The notes under the pieces are model-generated. The model had not been told where the DNA came from and did no database searches. It worked only from the letters and a program-made list of their open reading frames with translations. Position numbers and translations under genes: made by a program. A DNA stretch of 64,000 nucleotides from Octopus vulgaris (lineage: Eukaryota), in NCBI GenBank assembly GCA_951406725.2, contig OX597824.1, positions 84,506,001 to 84,570,000 on the forward strand. Reading direction: 5' to 3'. Numbering within the stretch: the first letter of the stretch is position 1; each line of letters starts with the position of its first letter. Below are positions 37,051 through 51,712 of this stretch, piece by piece.

Positions 37051-37486
37051 CACATATATACATACACATACATACATATATACATACATATATATACATA
37101 CACATATATATATACACATATATATACATATATAAACACACATATATATACATATATATACACACATATACATACATATATATACACACATATACATATA
37201 TATAAAATATATATATACACATATATATACATATACACACACACACACATATATATATATACATACATATACGTCGTACATATCTATATACATAGACATA
37301 TACATACGTATACATACATATACATACATACACATATATATACATATATAAATATATATATATATATACACACATATAAGTACATATATATATATACACA
37401 CATATACATACATATATATACACATACATACATACATATACACATACATACATACATATATATATATATATACACACACACACATA
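36664..37486. repeat. (TA/CA)n compound microsatellite; similar tracts at 38607-39190, 40185-40910, 41785-42050 and 44541-44930
   Basis: Direct inspection. Confidence 0.95.
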
Positions 37487-38050
37487 CCTGTCATTCAAAA
37501 AAAGTTCGATTTCAATGTTTTTGTTCTTTATGTTTCCGTTTCTCATTTTGCTGATGTTTTTTTGATGTCCTGTAACCATATATGCTTGTATATATACATA
37601 TATATGTAGTTGTGAACAGATATGTATGTATATATGCATATATTTATATATTATAGGATCGAACGACACGCATCCATTTTCAAGTAGTTATTATCTATCT
37701 ATCTATATATATATACATACAAATATATACATATACACACATACCCATGCACACACACACATACACATATATATGTGTGTATATATATATATATACGTGC
37801 AGGTGGCACGTAAAATGCACCAATCCGACCGTGGCCGATGCCAGCCTCGCCTGGCTCCAGTGCAGGTGGCACGTAAAAAGCACCCACTACACTCACGGAG
37901 TGGTTGGCGTTAGGAAGGGCATCCAGCTGTAGAAACATTGCCAGATAAGACCGGAGCCTGGTGCAGCCTTCTGGCTTCCCAGATCCTCGGTCGAACCGTC
38001 CAACCCATGCTAGCATGGAGAACGGGCGTTAAACGATGATGATGATGATG

Positions 38051-38085
<35 letters not shown>

Positions 38086-38088
38086 CTC

Positions 38089-38503
38089 AAAAATAAGCAA
38101 CAAGAATGATTCCGGTAATTTAGTACAATTGTTTCATACTACAGCATTTTATTAAAAGCTGTAAATATTACAGCAGATTTAAGATGCTGATTACTCTTCA
38201 GCTAATTTATATAGGTTTTCCAATAATATAAAAGCTTTCAAATCAAGTAATAACATTTTAGGAAAGGTAAATATACAGATAAAGATGTAGATATAAATTT
38301 TAGGAACATATGAGATTGTGTGGTTCAGATACTAACTGACCAAAACTCTGCTTGTAGCTTTTATATTATTGGAAAACCTATATAAATTAGCTGAAGAGTA
38401 ATCAGCATCTTAAATCTGCTGTAATACTTACAGCTTTTAATAAAATGTTGTAGTATGAAACAATTGTACTAAATTACCGGAATCATTCTTGTTGCTTATT
38501 TTT
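38089..38503. repeat. Near-perfect inverted repeat (148-bp arms, 119-bp spacer) with a hammerhead in each arm
   Basis: 38089-38236 vs 38356-38503, about 2 mismatches by eye. Confidence 0.95.
38387..38472 (+). ncRNA. Type-I hammerhead with long stem II; mirror copy on the minus strand at 38120-38205
   Basis: TTAG-CTGAAGA-GTA...(CAGCAT/ATGTTG, GCTGTAA/TTACAGC)...TAT-GAAA-CAATTG-T-A^-CTAA; palindromic stem III; GUA triplet. Confidence 0.68.
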
Positions 38504-38738
38504 TATTATAATCACTCCGCAAATGTTTATGGGTAACACCATACAAAATTCTGGTGCATCTAAATTAAGTACCATATTCATTTGAATCTAAATTGTTGCT
38601 GATCCTCTATATATATATATATATACACACCATATATATATATATACACATATATGCATACATATATATAAAAATATATACATATATACACAACACATAT
38701 ATGTACACATATATATACATACATACATGTTTACATAC

Positions 38739-38769
<31 letters not shown>

Positions 38770-39574
38770 CAGGTTTACATACGTATATGTATACATATAT
38801 ACATACATATATGTATACATATATACATACATATATGTATACATATATACATACATATATGTATACATATATACATACATATATGTATACATATATACAT
38901 ACATATATGTATACATATATACATACATATATGTATACATATATACATACATATATGTATACATATATACATACATATATGTATACATATATATATACAT
39001 ACATATATACATACATATATACATACATATATGTATACATACATATATACATACATATATGTATACATACATATATACATACATATATGTATACATACAT
39101 ACACATATATATATATATATGTGCATATATGCACTTTCACATATACACATACATATATATATATGCATATATATATATATATATATATATATGCTCTTTT
39201 ACTGGTTTCAGTGATTTGACTGTGGCCATGCTGGAGCACCGCCTTTAGTCAAGCAAATCGACCCCAGGACTTATTCTTTGTTATCCTAGTACTTATTCCC
39301 TTGGTCCCTTTTGCCAAACCGCCAAGTTATGGGGACCTAAACACACCAACATCGGTTGTCAAGCGATGTTGGGGGGGGGGGGGAATGATAAACACAGACA
39401 CACATACATAAGACGGGCTTCTTTCATTCTTTCAGTTTCTGTCTACCAAATCCACTCACAAGGCTTTGGTCAGCCAGCGGCTATAGTAGAAGACACTTGT
39501 CCAAGGTGCCATGCAGTGGGACTGAACCCGGAACCATGTGGTTCGTAAGCAAGCTACTTACCACACAGCCACTC

Positions 39575-39606
<32 letters not shown>

Positions 39607-40185
39607 TTACTCATGGCAGTGGAACATTAACACCACAACGTGGGGTATAACCGGCCCACTTACGAGTACCCCTCAATCACTAGACAATGGACTTTTCTTG
39701 TGAAGGCCTAAAGAGGCAAGTGTTAACACATCAAAATTGCTGATGTGGCCAATGACAGAACCGCCTGATTGGCACTCGTGCCAGTGGAATGTTAAGAGCA
39801 CAACAGAGTGTGATTGTTGCCAGGACCACGGATCGGCTGCCATGCCGATGACAAATGAAAAGCACCATTTGAACACGATCATCACCTTACCGGCAGGTGA
39901 AAGCTATCTTTCTGCGTAGCCATTGCCAGTGCCGCCACACTGGCTGCCGTGCAGGTAGCATGTAACAAACACCTCTTAGAACTGGCTGACCGGCACGCAT
40001 GCTGGTGGCACGTAAAAGCAACCGCTACACTCTCAGAGTGGCTGGCATTAGGAAGGGCATCCAATGGTAGAAACTTTGCCAGATCAGATTGAGTCTGGTG
40101 CAGCCTTCTGGCTCACCAGTCCTCAGTCAAATCATCCAACCCATGCCAGCATGGAAAGCAGATGTTAAACGATGACGATGATTAC

Positions 40186-40218
<33 letters not shown>

Positions 40219-40235
40219 CATACATATATATATAC

Positions 40236-40266
<31 letters not shown>

Positions 40267-40547
40267 CATACATATACATACATACATATATACATACATA
40301 CATATATACATACATATATACATACATACATATATACATACATACATACATACATACATGTATATATATAGATACATACATATATATATAGATACATACA
40401 TACATATATATAGATACATACATACATATATAGATACATACATATATATATATACATACATATATACATACATACATATATATATATACATACATACATA
40501 CATATACATACATACATACATATACATACATATACATATATACATAC

Positions 40548-40586
<39 letters not shown>

Positions 40587-40911
40587 CATACATTTATATA
40601 TAAATATACCCATATATACATATACATTTATATATAAATATACCCATATATACATATACACATACATACACACACATATATATATATATATACACACATA
40701 CATACACACACACACATATATATATACACACATACATATATATATATATATATACACACACATACACATATACACACATATATATACACATACATACACA
40801 AATATATATATATACACATATATATATATACACACATACATACACACATATATATATATACACACATACATACACACACATATATATACACAAATATACA
40901 TACACATACAT

Positions 40912-41740
40912 ATCATCATCATTTAACATCCGCTTTCCATGCTAGCATGGGTTGGACAATTTGACAGAGGACTGGCAAACCAGATGGCTGCACCAGGTCC
41001 AATCTGATCTGGCAGAGTTTCTTCAGCTGGATGCCCTTCCTAATGCCAACCACTCAGACAGTGTAGTGGGTGCTTTTCCATGCCACTGATACGAGGGCCA
41101 GTCAGGTGGTACAGGCAATGGCCACGTTCAAATGGCGTTTTTTATGTGCCACCTGCACAGGAGCCAGTCCAGCGGCACTGACAACGACCTCACTCGAATG
41201 TTTTTTCACGTGCCACCAGCACAAGTGCCAGTAAGGTGACGCTGGTAACGATCACACTCGAAATTAACTATTTACGTGCCACCGGCATGAAAGCCAATTT
41301 GCAGCTCTGGCAATGATCACGCTCGGATGGTGCTCTTAGCACTCGACTAGCACGGATGCCAGTCATTGAATTAGATTTCGATTTCACTTGCCTCAACAGG
41401 TCTTCGCAAGCAGAGTTTAGTGTCCAATGAAGGAAAGGTACGCATAAGTGGGCTGGTTACACCCCTGGCATAGGCCACGCGGTTATGGTCTCACTTGGCT
41501 TGCCGGGTCTTCTCAAGCACAGCATATTTCCAAAGGTCCCGGTCACTAGTCAATGCCTCAATGAGGCCTAATGTTCGAAGGTCATGCTTCACCACCTCAT
41601 CACAGGTCTTCCTGGGTCTACCTCTTCCACAGTTTTCATCAACTGGTAGGGGGTCGTGCTTTTTCACACAGCTATCCTCATCCGTTCTCGCCACATGGCC
41701 ATACCAATTCAGTCATCTCTCTTGCACACCACACCTGATG
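40912..41740 (-). mobile_element. RTE LINE 3' end (ORF end, 3'UTR, (GAT)n tail)
   Basis: LNWYGHVARTDEDSCVKK...GRGRPRKTCDEVVKHDL...* followed by the UTR and tail. Confidence 0.88.
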
Positions 41741-41910
41741 TTTCTACGCTAGCATAGAAAGTGGACGTAAAACGATGATGATGACATACATACATACATA
41801 TATATATATACATACATATATATACACAAATATATACATATTCACATATATACACAAATATATACATATTCACATATATACACAAATATATACATATTCA
41901 CATATATATT

Positions 41911-41948
<38 letters not shown>

Positions 41949-42059
41949 CACAAATATATATACACATATATAGATATATACATATATATACACACATATA
42001 TATATACATACACACATATATACACAAATACATATATATATATATACATATACTTTCCT

Positions 42060-44460
42060 CCTTGTTATACTACCATGCCAGACTACAAATCCTTCCTCCT
42101 CACTCTCCACCAATGCCTAAAACACTACCTTTGCATACTTCCTTCCCACTGCTTTCAGCCTTCTATTCACCTTTTTTTAATCATTTTCAAAAAGTTGCTT
42201 CTTTAGCCACAATTCATATCTCAGTCGCTGCTTACATCACTGCCTCATCCTTAAAGGTTTCTGCCATTTCCACCCCACTCTCCTTCAACCATCCTACCCA
42301 TACTCCGTACTACATCCTACTGCTTTATGCATGCCACCATTCACTCCAATCTCTCTAAAATACATACCATCAACTGCCTTCTCCCTCTGGTTTTTTCCGT
42401 CTTTTTCTCCTCTGTCGCCCTCCAATGCTCACAACACATTGCGTTATATAATTCATTTAAATCATCTCTTTTATCAATTTCTTGCCAACACCAAACTTTG
42501 TAAACTCCACTCACTCCTCCACTACCCTTCTCCCTCCCTAATACGCTCCCCCCCACCCACACCCGAACCCTTGTCCATCCAACCCCCCTCATACATCCCT
42601 ATTCCCTCCCTCCCAGCCTTCCACCAGCCCTACTACCCTTCCTACCTCTACCCCATCCACCCCTCCTCCACTTCAGTCTGCTGTTACCATTCTGCCAGAT
42701 CTTCCCCTCTCCGGGGCAGAGCGCTCCATCCTCAGTAGGGGTCTGCGTTTCATCCCCCTCACTCCATCTTGTAATGAATTTCGGACACATGCTGATATCC
42801 CCAGCTTTTTGCGCCATGTTAGGTTGTGTGTGCTTTTCGATGACACTCCACCCGCATCTAATGAGGAGAACTGCTTCCCTGACCTGGGCCGCCGACCACC
42901 CCAATGGATGCCTGCTCCAGGCCAATTCAAAGCAGTTGATCCTTTTGCGGGCACCTGCCAGCGTGCTGTGGACCGGATTAACTTCTCCAAATATCTTGAC
43001 CGTGTCCATGCCCCCCTAGTGGCTTCTCTCCCTTCTCACATCCATGACACCAACCAAGCGTTTTGTCTGTTCAACTCTTTCTCCTTCCCTCCTGGCCCCT
43101 CTAAACTTCTCTTCATTCTCGACATCCAGAGCCTTTACAGGCTGCGTGCACTGAAACACTTCCTTGACCTCAGACTCAACCCCCAACACAACGCCTTCAC
43201 ACTCGTTCGTCTAGCCGAACTTGTCCTCTCACACAACTGCTTCTCGTTTGCGGGTGATTTCTACCAGCAGATTTCGGGAGTGGCCATGGGAACAAGAATG
43301 GGCCCTAACTATGCGAACCTGTTTGTTGGCTTTGCTGAGGCCCAAATATTCTCAAGTTTCACTGGCCCCACCCCCGAACTATATGGCGATTATATTGATG
43401 ACTGCATCAGTGCAACCTCACTCTCCCGAGAACATCTAGACTCTTTCCTCTCTTTTGTCAAATCTTTCCATCCTGCCCTCCACTATCTCTGACACCTTTG
43501 TCTCCTTTCTTGACATTTTATCACTCCACTCTTACCACCTCCATCCACTACAAACACAGACTCACACTCATACCTCAACTTCTCCTCCTCCCACCCTAAA
43601 CACACCAAGTTTTCCATCCCCTATTCCTCCGTCTACGCAGGCTCTGTAGTGACAACCATGACTCAGTCTCAACTTATGGCTCGCCACTTCCTCCTACGTG
43701 GATATCCCCTCACCACTATCCACACTGCCCTTACCAGAGCACATTCAGTGGACCGTGCATCTGTTCTCCCCCCGAACCCACTTTGCAGTCTCTTGCCTCC
43801 CTTTTCTTCTCACCTACCACCCCACCTCTCCAATGCACCATTCTCCGAGCTTTCTGGCATATCCAGTCCAACCCGTCCACTTCATACATCTTCCCTAACC
43901 GACCCCTCCCCTCCTTCAAATGAGCCCACAGCTACGAGACCTCTTGGTCCACAGCTTCTTCCCCAACCCAACCTCCCAACCTGGCTCATTCCCCTGCTCC
44001 CGCACTTGCCTTTACCCTCCAACACCACCCTCCTCACTGGCACCCATCATCGACTCCTTCACCTGCACTTCTACCAATATCATCTATTGCATCTCCTGCT
44101 CTCTCTGCCATTCTCTGTACATTGGACAAACAGGATGCTAGACTGACTGGTTCACGGAACACCTCCAAGACATCCGACTTGGCAATGATATCTCGGTCTC
44201 ATGCCATTTCCGCTCTACCGGTCACTCTTTGCAACACCTGTCCATGTTCAGATTGTTCTTGCACAGAGGCCATCCGGATTTCCGTTTGCGCCGTGAACAG
44301 GGATTAATCTTCCCTCTTCGCTCCTTTGTGCCACATGGGCTCAACTCTCCTCCCCTCTCTCCTACTTCCTCCCACCCACCTCTCCTCTCTTGCTCTAACT
44401 CCTACTTCTCTTCAGCCCTACTTTCTTCTCTTACTCTTCTCTCATACCCACCTCCCCCCC
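42060..44460 (+). mobile_element. Degenerate Penelope-like element (RT plus GIY-YIG endonuclease)
   Basis: LFILDIQSLY, FYQQISGVAMGTRMGPNYANLFVG and YIDDCI; FTCTSTNIIYCISCSLCHSLYIGQTG; frameshifts. Confidence 0.93.
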
Positions 44461-45030
44461 ATCTGTAAATGTAATATGTGACAATTATTCGGTAGCCATG
44501 ATAAAACTCCAAGTTTCGGATGCTGTGGTGGAAATCCATCCATATATATACATGTATATACATGTATATATATACATACATACATATACATACATATATA
44601 TATATACATGTATATACATGTATATATATATACATACATATATATATATACATACATACATATACATATATATATATATATACATACATACAGACATATA
44701 TATATATACATACATATATATACATAGACATATATATATACATACATATATACATACATACATATATACATACATACATATATTCATACATACATATATT
44801 CATACATATATACATACATACATATATACATACATATATACATACATATATATACACATACATATATATATATACACATACACACACATGTATATATATA
44901 TATATATATCTACACACACACACATATATGAATACATAGAAATAATGGAGATTCAGTGGAATTAGTTACTTAAGTTGAAGCAGCATATCATTGTGATATT
45001 ATCCATACAACTCAAAGTAAGGTGAATAAA

Positions 45031-45722
45031 ATCAAAATAAGCAACAGGATATCAAGAGGTGGTGCAGTATAACCGTTTCAAGTGGCTTCATTTAATTGAA
45101 CAATGCAATCATTACAAAGTTACCAGCTACAGTTGTGAAAGTACACTTATAGATTACGTTTTGGATTAGACATCAGCCTAATAATGGACAGTGGGATTTA
45201 ACTCTACAATTGCAATTAGGAGAATTACTACTATTAATATTATTGATATTCATACCTTTATTATTATGACTATTAATATTAATCCTACTACTACTATTGT
45301 ATATGTTATTTTCATATCTGTATTTATATATATGTATGTATAATCACTCCATCCTTCAATTATACTATCATTTCCATTCATCCCAGCATCAACAGGCGTA
45401 TCAGTAATCCCTGTGCTAGTATAAACCTCAGAGCTACAGTTTATATTGTATATATTAGAAGCATTAATACCACTGTTTCTATTTTCTTTGTCACCATTAA
45501 TATTATTATTCACATTGTAGGGGTTTAAGATAGTGCTGACATTAACATTTTTATTATTATTACTACCTCTTGCTAATTCAATATTCTTTCTATTTAACCT
45601 TGCTATGATGGTACCCCATATATTCGGGAGAGTAGAGTATGAAATTCTGTCTTATTGGAAAAAATCCTGCTGTATCTATGGGAAGCAGGGAAGTGTTTTT
45701 CTAAAATTGTCATAAATTTCCT
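45031..45722 (-). mobile_element. Penelope-like 3' fragment with terminal repeat
   Basis: FMTILEKHFPASHRYSRIF...ISYSTLPN resembles the PLE KHFP...KIFN...SYSCMPN motif; the terminus ATCAAAATAAGCAACAGGAT matches the 11372 and 38089 palindromes. Confidence 0.7.
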
Positions 45723-45744
45723 ATATATTTACTTACCAACTGGA

Positions 45745-47053
45745 AATGCTACCTGGATGACTGTTTCATCCTTTGGCCACATAACATTGAACAACTCACA
45801 GAATTTAAAAACTTAATCAACAGCATTAACCACAGTATCTAATTCACTATGGAATACAACCACCAACAACTACCCTTCCTGGATATCTTAATAATAAAGA
45901 AAGATACTGAGATTGAAACCGACATCTTCTTCAAACCAACAGACTCAAAACAATATCTTCTATTCTCTTACCACCCAAAACATACTAAAATAAATATACC
46001 ATTCAATTATTTATGCGCCCTTTTCAAGCCTAGCTAGGCTCATGGGCCCTGTTTCCCAGTTTCTGTGGCGTATGTGTTCCCCCCAGCTGGACAGGATGCC
46101 AGTCCATCGCAGTGTTACTCAAGAGACAGGAAGAAAGATTGAGAGAAAGTTAGGGCGAAAGAGTACAACAGGGGTCACCACCACCCCCTGCCAGAGCCTC
46201 GTGGAGCTTTTTTCACTCAATAAACACACACAACGCCTGGTCTGGGAATCGAAACCGCGATCCTCTGACCGCGAGTCTGCTGCCCTAACCACTGGGCCAT
46301 TGCACCTCCACAACTTAGCGAGAAGAATTTGCACGATTGCATCAAATCCTGAAACCTCAGAAAATTGACTCCAAGAAATTAAAACTTCATTACTTGATAG
46401 AAAATATCCAGTCTAATCAAAAATGGAATAGAACGTGCAAAAATGATAGACATCCAAGAGTTACGGAAAACAAGAAAACACCATGACACAATCCAAGAAA
46501 CCTGGAAGCATACAACATCATCCACCAAAAAATACCCATCCTTATGAAGGACCCACGAATGAAAAAGGCACTAGAAACACATAGGATTATTAAAAGCAAG
46601 AGACAACTACAATCTCTAAAAATATTACCAACCAGCGCAAAATTACCCACCAAAAATATAACCCCACAAGTCAAAAGATGCAACTGCCCGAACTGCGGAA
46701 CTTGCATCTTTCTCTTAGAGGGCTCAACATACAAATTTAAGTCAGGCCTAACTTTTACCATAAAACATGAATTTACCTGTGCTTCAAAGAACTTAATCTA
46801 TGTTCTTAAATGTGAAGGTTGTGGTGGAGACTACATTGGTCAAACAAGCTTAACTTTGAGGGATAGACTTACAGTGCACAGGCAACAAATCCGGGACCCG
46901 TCAACTAGGAAAATTCCCATCAGCCAGCACCTAGACGAATGCCCCGTAGACAAAAACCCTAAATACCAAATGTTCCCTCTCTATCAATGCACTGGAAACA
47001 CTTCAACCCAATTCCATTTAAATAAGGAAAACTTACTGATTAAAAAAATATAA
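45745..47053 (+). mobile_element. Degenerate Penelope-like element (RT C-terminus plus GIY-YIG), interrupted by a SINE
   Basis: YLDDCFILW, QLPFLDILI...FKPTDSKQYL, IPF/NLARRICTI, and CNCPNCGTC...NLIYVLKCEGCGGDYIGQT. Confidence 0.9.
46008..46311 (-). mobile_element. tRNA(Arg)-like SINE inserted in the Penelope ORF
   Basis: Head GTGGAGGTGCAATGGCCCAGTGGTTAGGGCAGCAGACTCG; splits the coding sequence IPF|NLARR. Confidence 0.85.
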
Positions 47054-47899
47054 ACCACAGCTAAATATCCTTTAGAAAGAAGAAAAAGCAGTATAAAGAT
47101 AAGAAAAAAAACACCCAATTTCAACACAAAATAGTAACAATCTTCCACCCAGGTTTCGAAACCGCAGCTCCAAATCACCACACAAACACAAGATGCTGAT
47201 GTCATCCACCTCCAGTCCAATGAAATTCCACAAACACCAGTTGCTGACGTCACATAATTCCAAACCAATCAAAAGCGAATTTCAACAAATACAATGAAAA
47301 GACCCTTTAACCAACCAACAAGAATGACCTATAACCATATCCTGCAAGGAAACCAACCAAGCAGAACGACAAGCTTGACCACGGAAGAAAAACGTCATCA
47401 ACTTTTTAACGAATCAAAATCAAATCCGCTTGCAGAAAAAAATTTATAAATACATCTTTCCCTAAAACATACCATTACAAGCGAAAGCAACTGTTTACAG
47501 AAGATCTGAGAAACCGTAATTTCCCCTTTTTTTACTATTTTAATTTTCACACTTGTTTTTTTCAGTATGACTTGTCAACCACCACTGAAATTAATGAACC
47601 TTGTACATTCTAACAAATTAATATACAGTTTTAATTTCAAAATTACACCTTCTGTTTTGAACATGAGAATTTAACAACATTGAAACATTTCAGTTTGTCA
47701 ACATTGAAACATTTTGATTTGTCAACATTGAAACTTATAATGATGTTTTTCTAATTTTACACTTTTACCATTGATAAACAAAAAATATTGTTGAAACTAG
47801 TTTGGTATGTATGTAAATAAATGTATTTTAAACATTTATGAGATTTTTGAAATTTAAGTACATTTTCAACAACACATTTTCCCATATATATATATATAT

Positions 47900-48617
47900 G
47901 TGTATGGGTGGTGGGATGGGAATTGGTCAATGCTGGTGTGTGCATGATGGTGTGTTGTGATGTGATGTGTTGTATGGTATGGTGTAGTGTGGTGTGGTGT
48001 GATGGTGTTGGGAGGTGGGGGAGGCGAGAGTGGAGAAAGCACGGGTGGGGTGTGGGTTAGGGTAGTTGGGGTATGTGGGTAGACAGAGGGTGGGGGTAGA
48101 AGAGGGGTATGTTGGAGAGGGTGTAAGGGATGGGGTGGGCTTCTGAGGGAGGGTTGACGATGAAGGGGGAAGGGGAAGGTGAGTATGATTGAAGAGAGAA
48201 AGAGAGAAAAGAGAAAGGGAGTAGGGGTGAAGAGAAGGAGTGAGAAAGAGAGTAAAGAGAAAGAGGGTAGGGGTGAAGAGAAGTAGGAGTCGGAGCAAGA
48301 GAGAAGAGGTGGGTGGGAGAGGCAAGGAGAGGAGAGTTGAGCCCATGTGGTGCAAAGGAGTGAAGAGAGAAGATTAATCTCAGTTCACGGCGCAAACGTG
48401 AGTCCGGATGGCCTCTGTGCAAGGACAATCTGAACACACACAGGTGTTGCAAAGAGTGACCAGTAGAGCGGAAATGGTACGAGACCAGGTTGTCGTTGCT
48501 GAGGCAGATGTCTCAGAGGTGTTCTGTAAACCAGTCAGCCAAGCGGCGTCCCACTTGTCCAATGTACAGAGAATAGCAGAGAGAGCAGGAGATGCAATAG
48601 ATGATATTGGTAGAAGT
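47900..48617 (-). mobile_element. 3' fragment of the same Penelope family as 42060-44460, inverted
   Basis: Shared QHL(C/S)(V/M)FRL.LHRGHPD.RLRRE and GIY-YIG segment. Confidence 0.88.
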
Positions 48618-48732
48618 GTATGTGTATATTGGTGCCCCAGCATGGCCGCGGCCTTCGGGCTAAAACATTTTTAAGGATTTAAAGATATTATATACATACA
48701 TCTATATACATACACATACATACATACATATA

Positions 48733-49107
48733 CACTTGCGTCAGAAATTAATTAGCACTTCTCAAATTTCTACATTAAATAGGTTAAATCAATTAACCTT
48801 ATGAGCTGTTCAAAACGTCTTATGCGATGAGAAAACTTAGTATGGTGTGATTTCGGTCCTTGCGAGGCGCTACCTATATCTATTAAACAAAGGAAGATTT
48901 GTCTGCATCCGCACTCCAAGTTGTTGCAATGCTATGTCAACATCATAAGGCTGTAGACTCTCAAACTGCTCTGCAAACAAAGTTACGTCATCGTTCTGCG
49001 CAACAGTGAACTCGCAACAAAGCAATAGTTCGAGATATGGCCACTAGGTGACAGCACATACCTTGAGTGAAGAGCAAATCAAGGGTGCTAATTAATTTCT
49101 GACGGTA

Positions 49108-49110
<3 letters not shown>
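48733..49110. mobile_element. Tc1/mariner-type MITE
   Basis: TA|CACTTGCGTCAGAAATTAATTAGCAC ... GTGCTAATTAATTTCTGACGGTAGTG|TA. Confidence 0.9.
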
Positions 49111-49146
<36 letters not shown>

Positions 49147-49664
49147 CATACATACATATAGTCTTTACCTTTTTACTCTTTTACTTGTTTCAGTCATTTG
49201 ACTGTGGCCATGCTGGAGCACCGCCTTTAGTCAAGCAAATCAACCCCAGGACTTATTCGTTGTAAGCCTAGTACTTATTCTATCATTCTCTTTTGCCGAA
49301 CCGCTAAGTTACATAGACGTAATCACACCAGCATTGGTTGTCAAGCGATGTTGGAGGGTACAAACAGACACACAATCACACATATTTACATACATATACA
49401 TACATACGATAGGCTTCTTTCAGTTTCCGTCTACCAAATCCACTCACAAGGCTTTGGTTGACTCGAGGAGATAGTAGACGACACTTGCCCAAAGTGCCAC
49501 GCAGTGGGACCGAATCTGGAACTATGTGGTTGATAAGCAAACTACTTACCACACAGCCACTCCTGCGCCTATATTAAATAATATATATATATATATATAT
49601 TTTTTTTAATATTTTATCTAGCTTTAGCTCATGAGCTTTGGCCATGCTGGGGCACCGCCATTTG

Positions 49665-51085
49665 GTGTTGCTACATAATTTTACTTCACGGAATGCCTTT
49701 TAGGAATTGACATTTGGTGCATGAGAGAGTTTGATGCAGCTGCCCTCGTTTGCACCTCCTGCCGTGAAGTTGGTTCATCTGGGAGACTTGACAGGAAGAG
49801 GTCCAGCTTTATTTTGAAGACACCTACATCCACCCTGTGAGGGTCTCTCAGGTCCTTCGGGAGGATATTGAAGAGTTGTGGACCTCTGAAGCCCAGGTTA
49901 TTGCAGTATCTTGTCCTATATCTTGATAGCAAATTTGGAGTTCCCTGTACTATGCAGTGGCGCCCAGTTCTAGTATTTGTGTAACTCTCAATGCCAAAGT
50001 TTGGGACAAGTCCTTCCAGATGTATATTATGGCATAGCTTTCTTGCCTACGCTCTAAGGAATAGAGTCTTAATTTCTTGAGTCCTTCCCAATAGCTTATA
50101 TGCTGCATAGAGGCTATCTTCTTTGTGTAACTTTGTTGGATTGCCTCAAGTTCTGAGATTAATTTGACACTGGTTGGTGACCATAGCTGAGAGCAATAGT
50201 CAGAGTGGCTTAGGACAAGTGTCTTCCAGAGGACCATCATGGTTTCCTGATCTCTTGTTCTAAAAGTTCTAAGAATCCATCCAGTCAGCCGCCTGCATTT
50301 CATTGGCAATTTAGCAACATGCACATGGAAGAATGCATCATAACTCATGTAAATGCCCAGGTCTCGCACTGACTGTGTCTCTGGGACTGCAATCCCTCCA
50401 GGTCCCATGTATTTAATTGGTATTGCATCTAGTTTTGCATGCTGATAGCTCAAAGCTTGAAAGCTTTCAGCATTAAACTGCATGATATTCTTTTCAGCCC
50501 ACTTGTATATTTCATCCAGCTCACATTGCAGGTGCATAGTGTCTCCAGGGTTCTGTATCACCTGTGAGACTTTTGTATCATCTGCGTAACTTCTGATTGT
50601 GGCTCTCTGTGTTGCTAAGGGCATGTCTGGGAGGGTCATTATGGTCAGTAGTGGTCCCAAAACAGCGCCTTGCAGTACACCGCTCACTATTTGCATGTCA
50701 TTGGAGGTGGCTCCATTGGTAACTACCACCTGACTTCTATCCTTCAGAAAGTCATGCAACCATTCCCCCAATTTTCCAACAATACTGAGATCAGGCAGTT
50801 TGTGACATATCATTCCATGATCAACTTTAAGAAATGGTTTTGCAAAGTTGAGATATATCGCATCCACATTTGAGTGGTTGAGCATCTGTTTCAGCACCCA
50901 GTTATAGTGTTATAAGAGCTGAGTCAGACAGCTTCTTCCTGGTCAGAAACCATGTTGGGTGTCAGTCACCAAGTCATTTTCTTCAGACTATTCATTCCAT
51001 GACCTTGCTGATGCATGAGGTCAGAGAGATAGGTCTAGTTTTTGGCCTTTGCTCTCCTACCTCCTTTATGAATAGGGCATATTTA
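49665..51085 (-). mobile_element. Degenerate CR1/Jockey-group LINE reverse transcriptase
   Basis: VDAIYLNFAKPFLKVDH, SGVLQGAVLGPLL, SYADDTK, VRDLGI, DYCSQLWSP and LFNILP. Confidence 0.92.
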
Positions 51086-51679
51086 TTTTGAGATGCTCTG
51101 TGTTTCTTTCAATCAATTTTAAATATAACAAAGAATTTAGTAAAATAACTTAGTTATCATTCAGCTAGTGTTGGGAACATAAATTGTGGCTAAGGTTTGG
51201 TGGAAGATGTTAATTCAAAACTTATGAAAACAAGACATTTGTATTAAGAGACAGAGCCGGTTTTAGCCGGGTTGGTAACGAAAGGGTTAATTGAACACCA
51301 CACATCCATTTCCAAGTAAGTTTATCGTTACATATACATATATACACAAATATATTACATATATACAAAACTTGAAATAAATATGTATCCAAGATAAGAA
51401 AAGTACTTAGGCATGCATATGTAATGTTGACATTCAGTCTATTGTGTGTGTGTGTGTGTGTGTGTATTCATATATACATGCAAGCAAATATATGTACACA
51501 CACAGCATAGTAGGTAAATATATAGAAAGAGAGAAATATCTACAGCTCATACAGTGATTTAATAATCCTATGTATTGTAAAAAAACATTAAGTAGATATG
51601 TATTTACTTATACAAAGAGAAGACACACATAATATGTTGATGATTTAGAGTAAAAGTTTTCAATGATATCACACACACA

Positions 51680-51712
<33 letters not shown>

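Noticed and set aside
45250-45513. Asn-rich ORF with a hydrophobic tail (membrane microprotein?)
   Set aside because: Lies within a decayed Penelope-like fragment; low complexity; no splice or other support.
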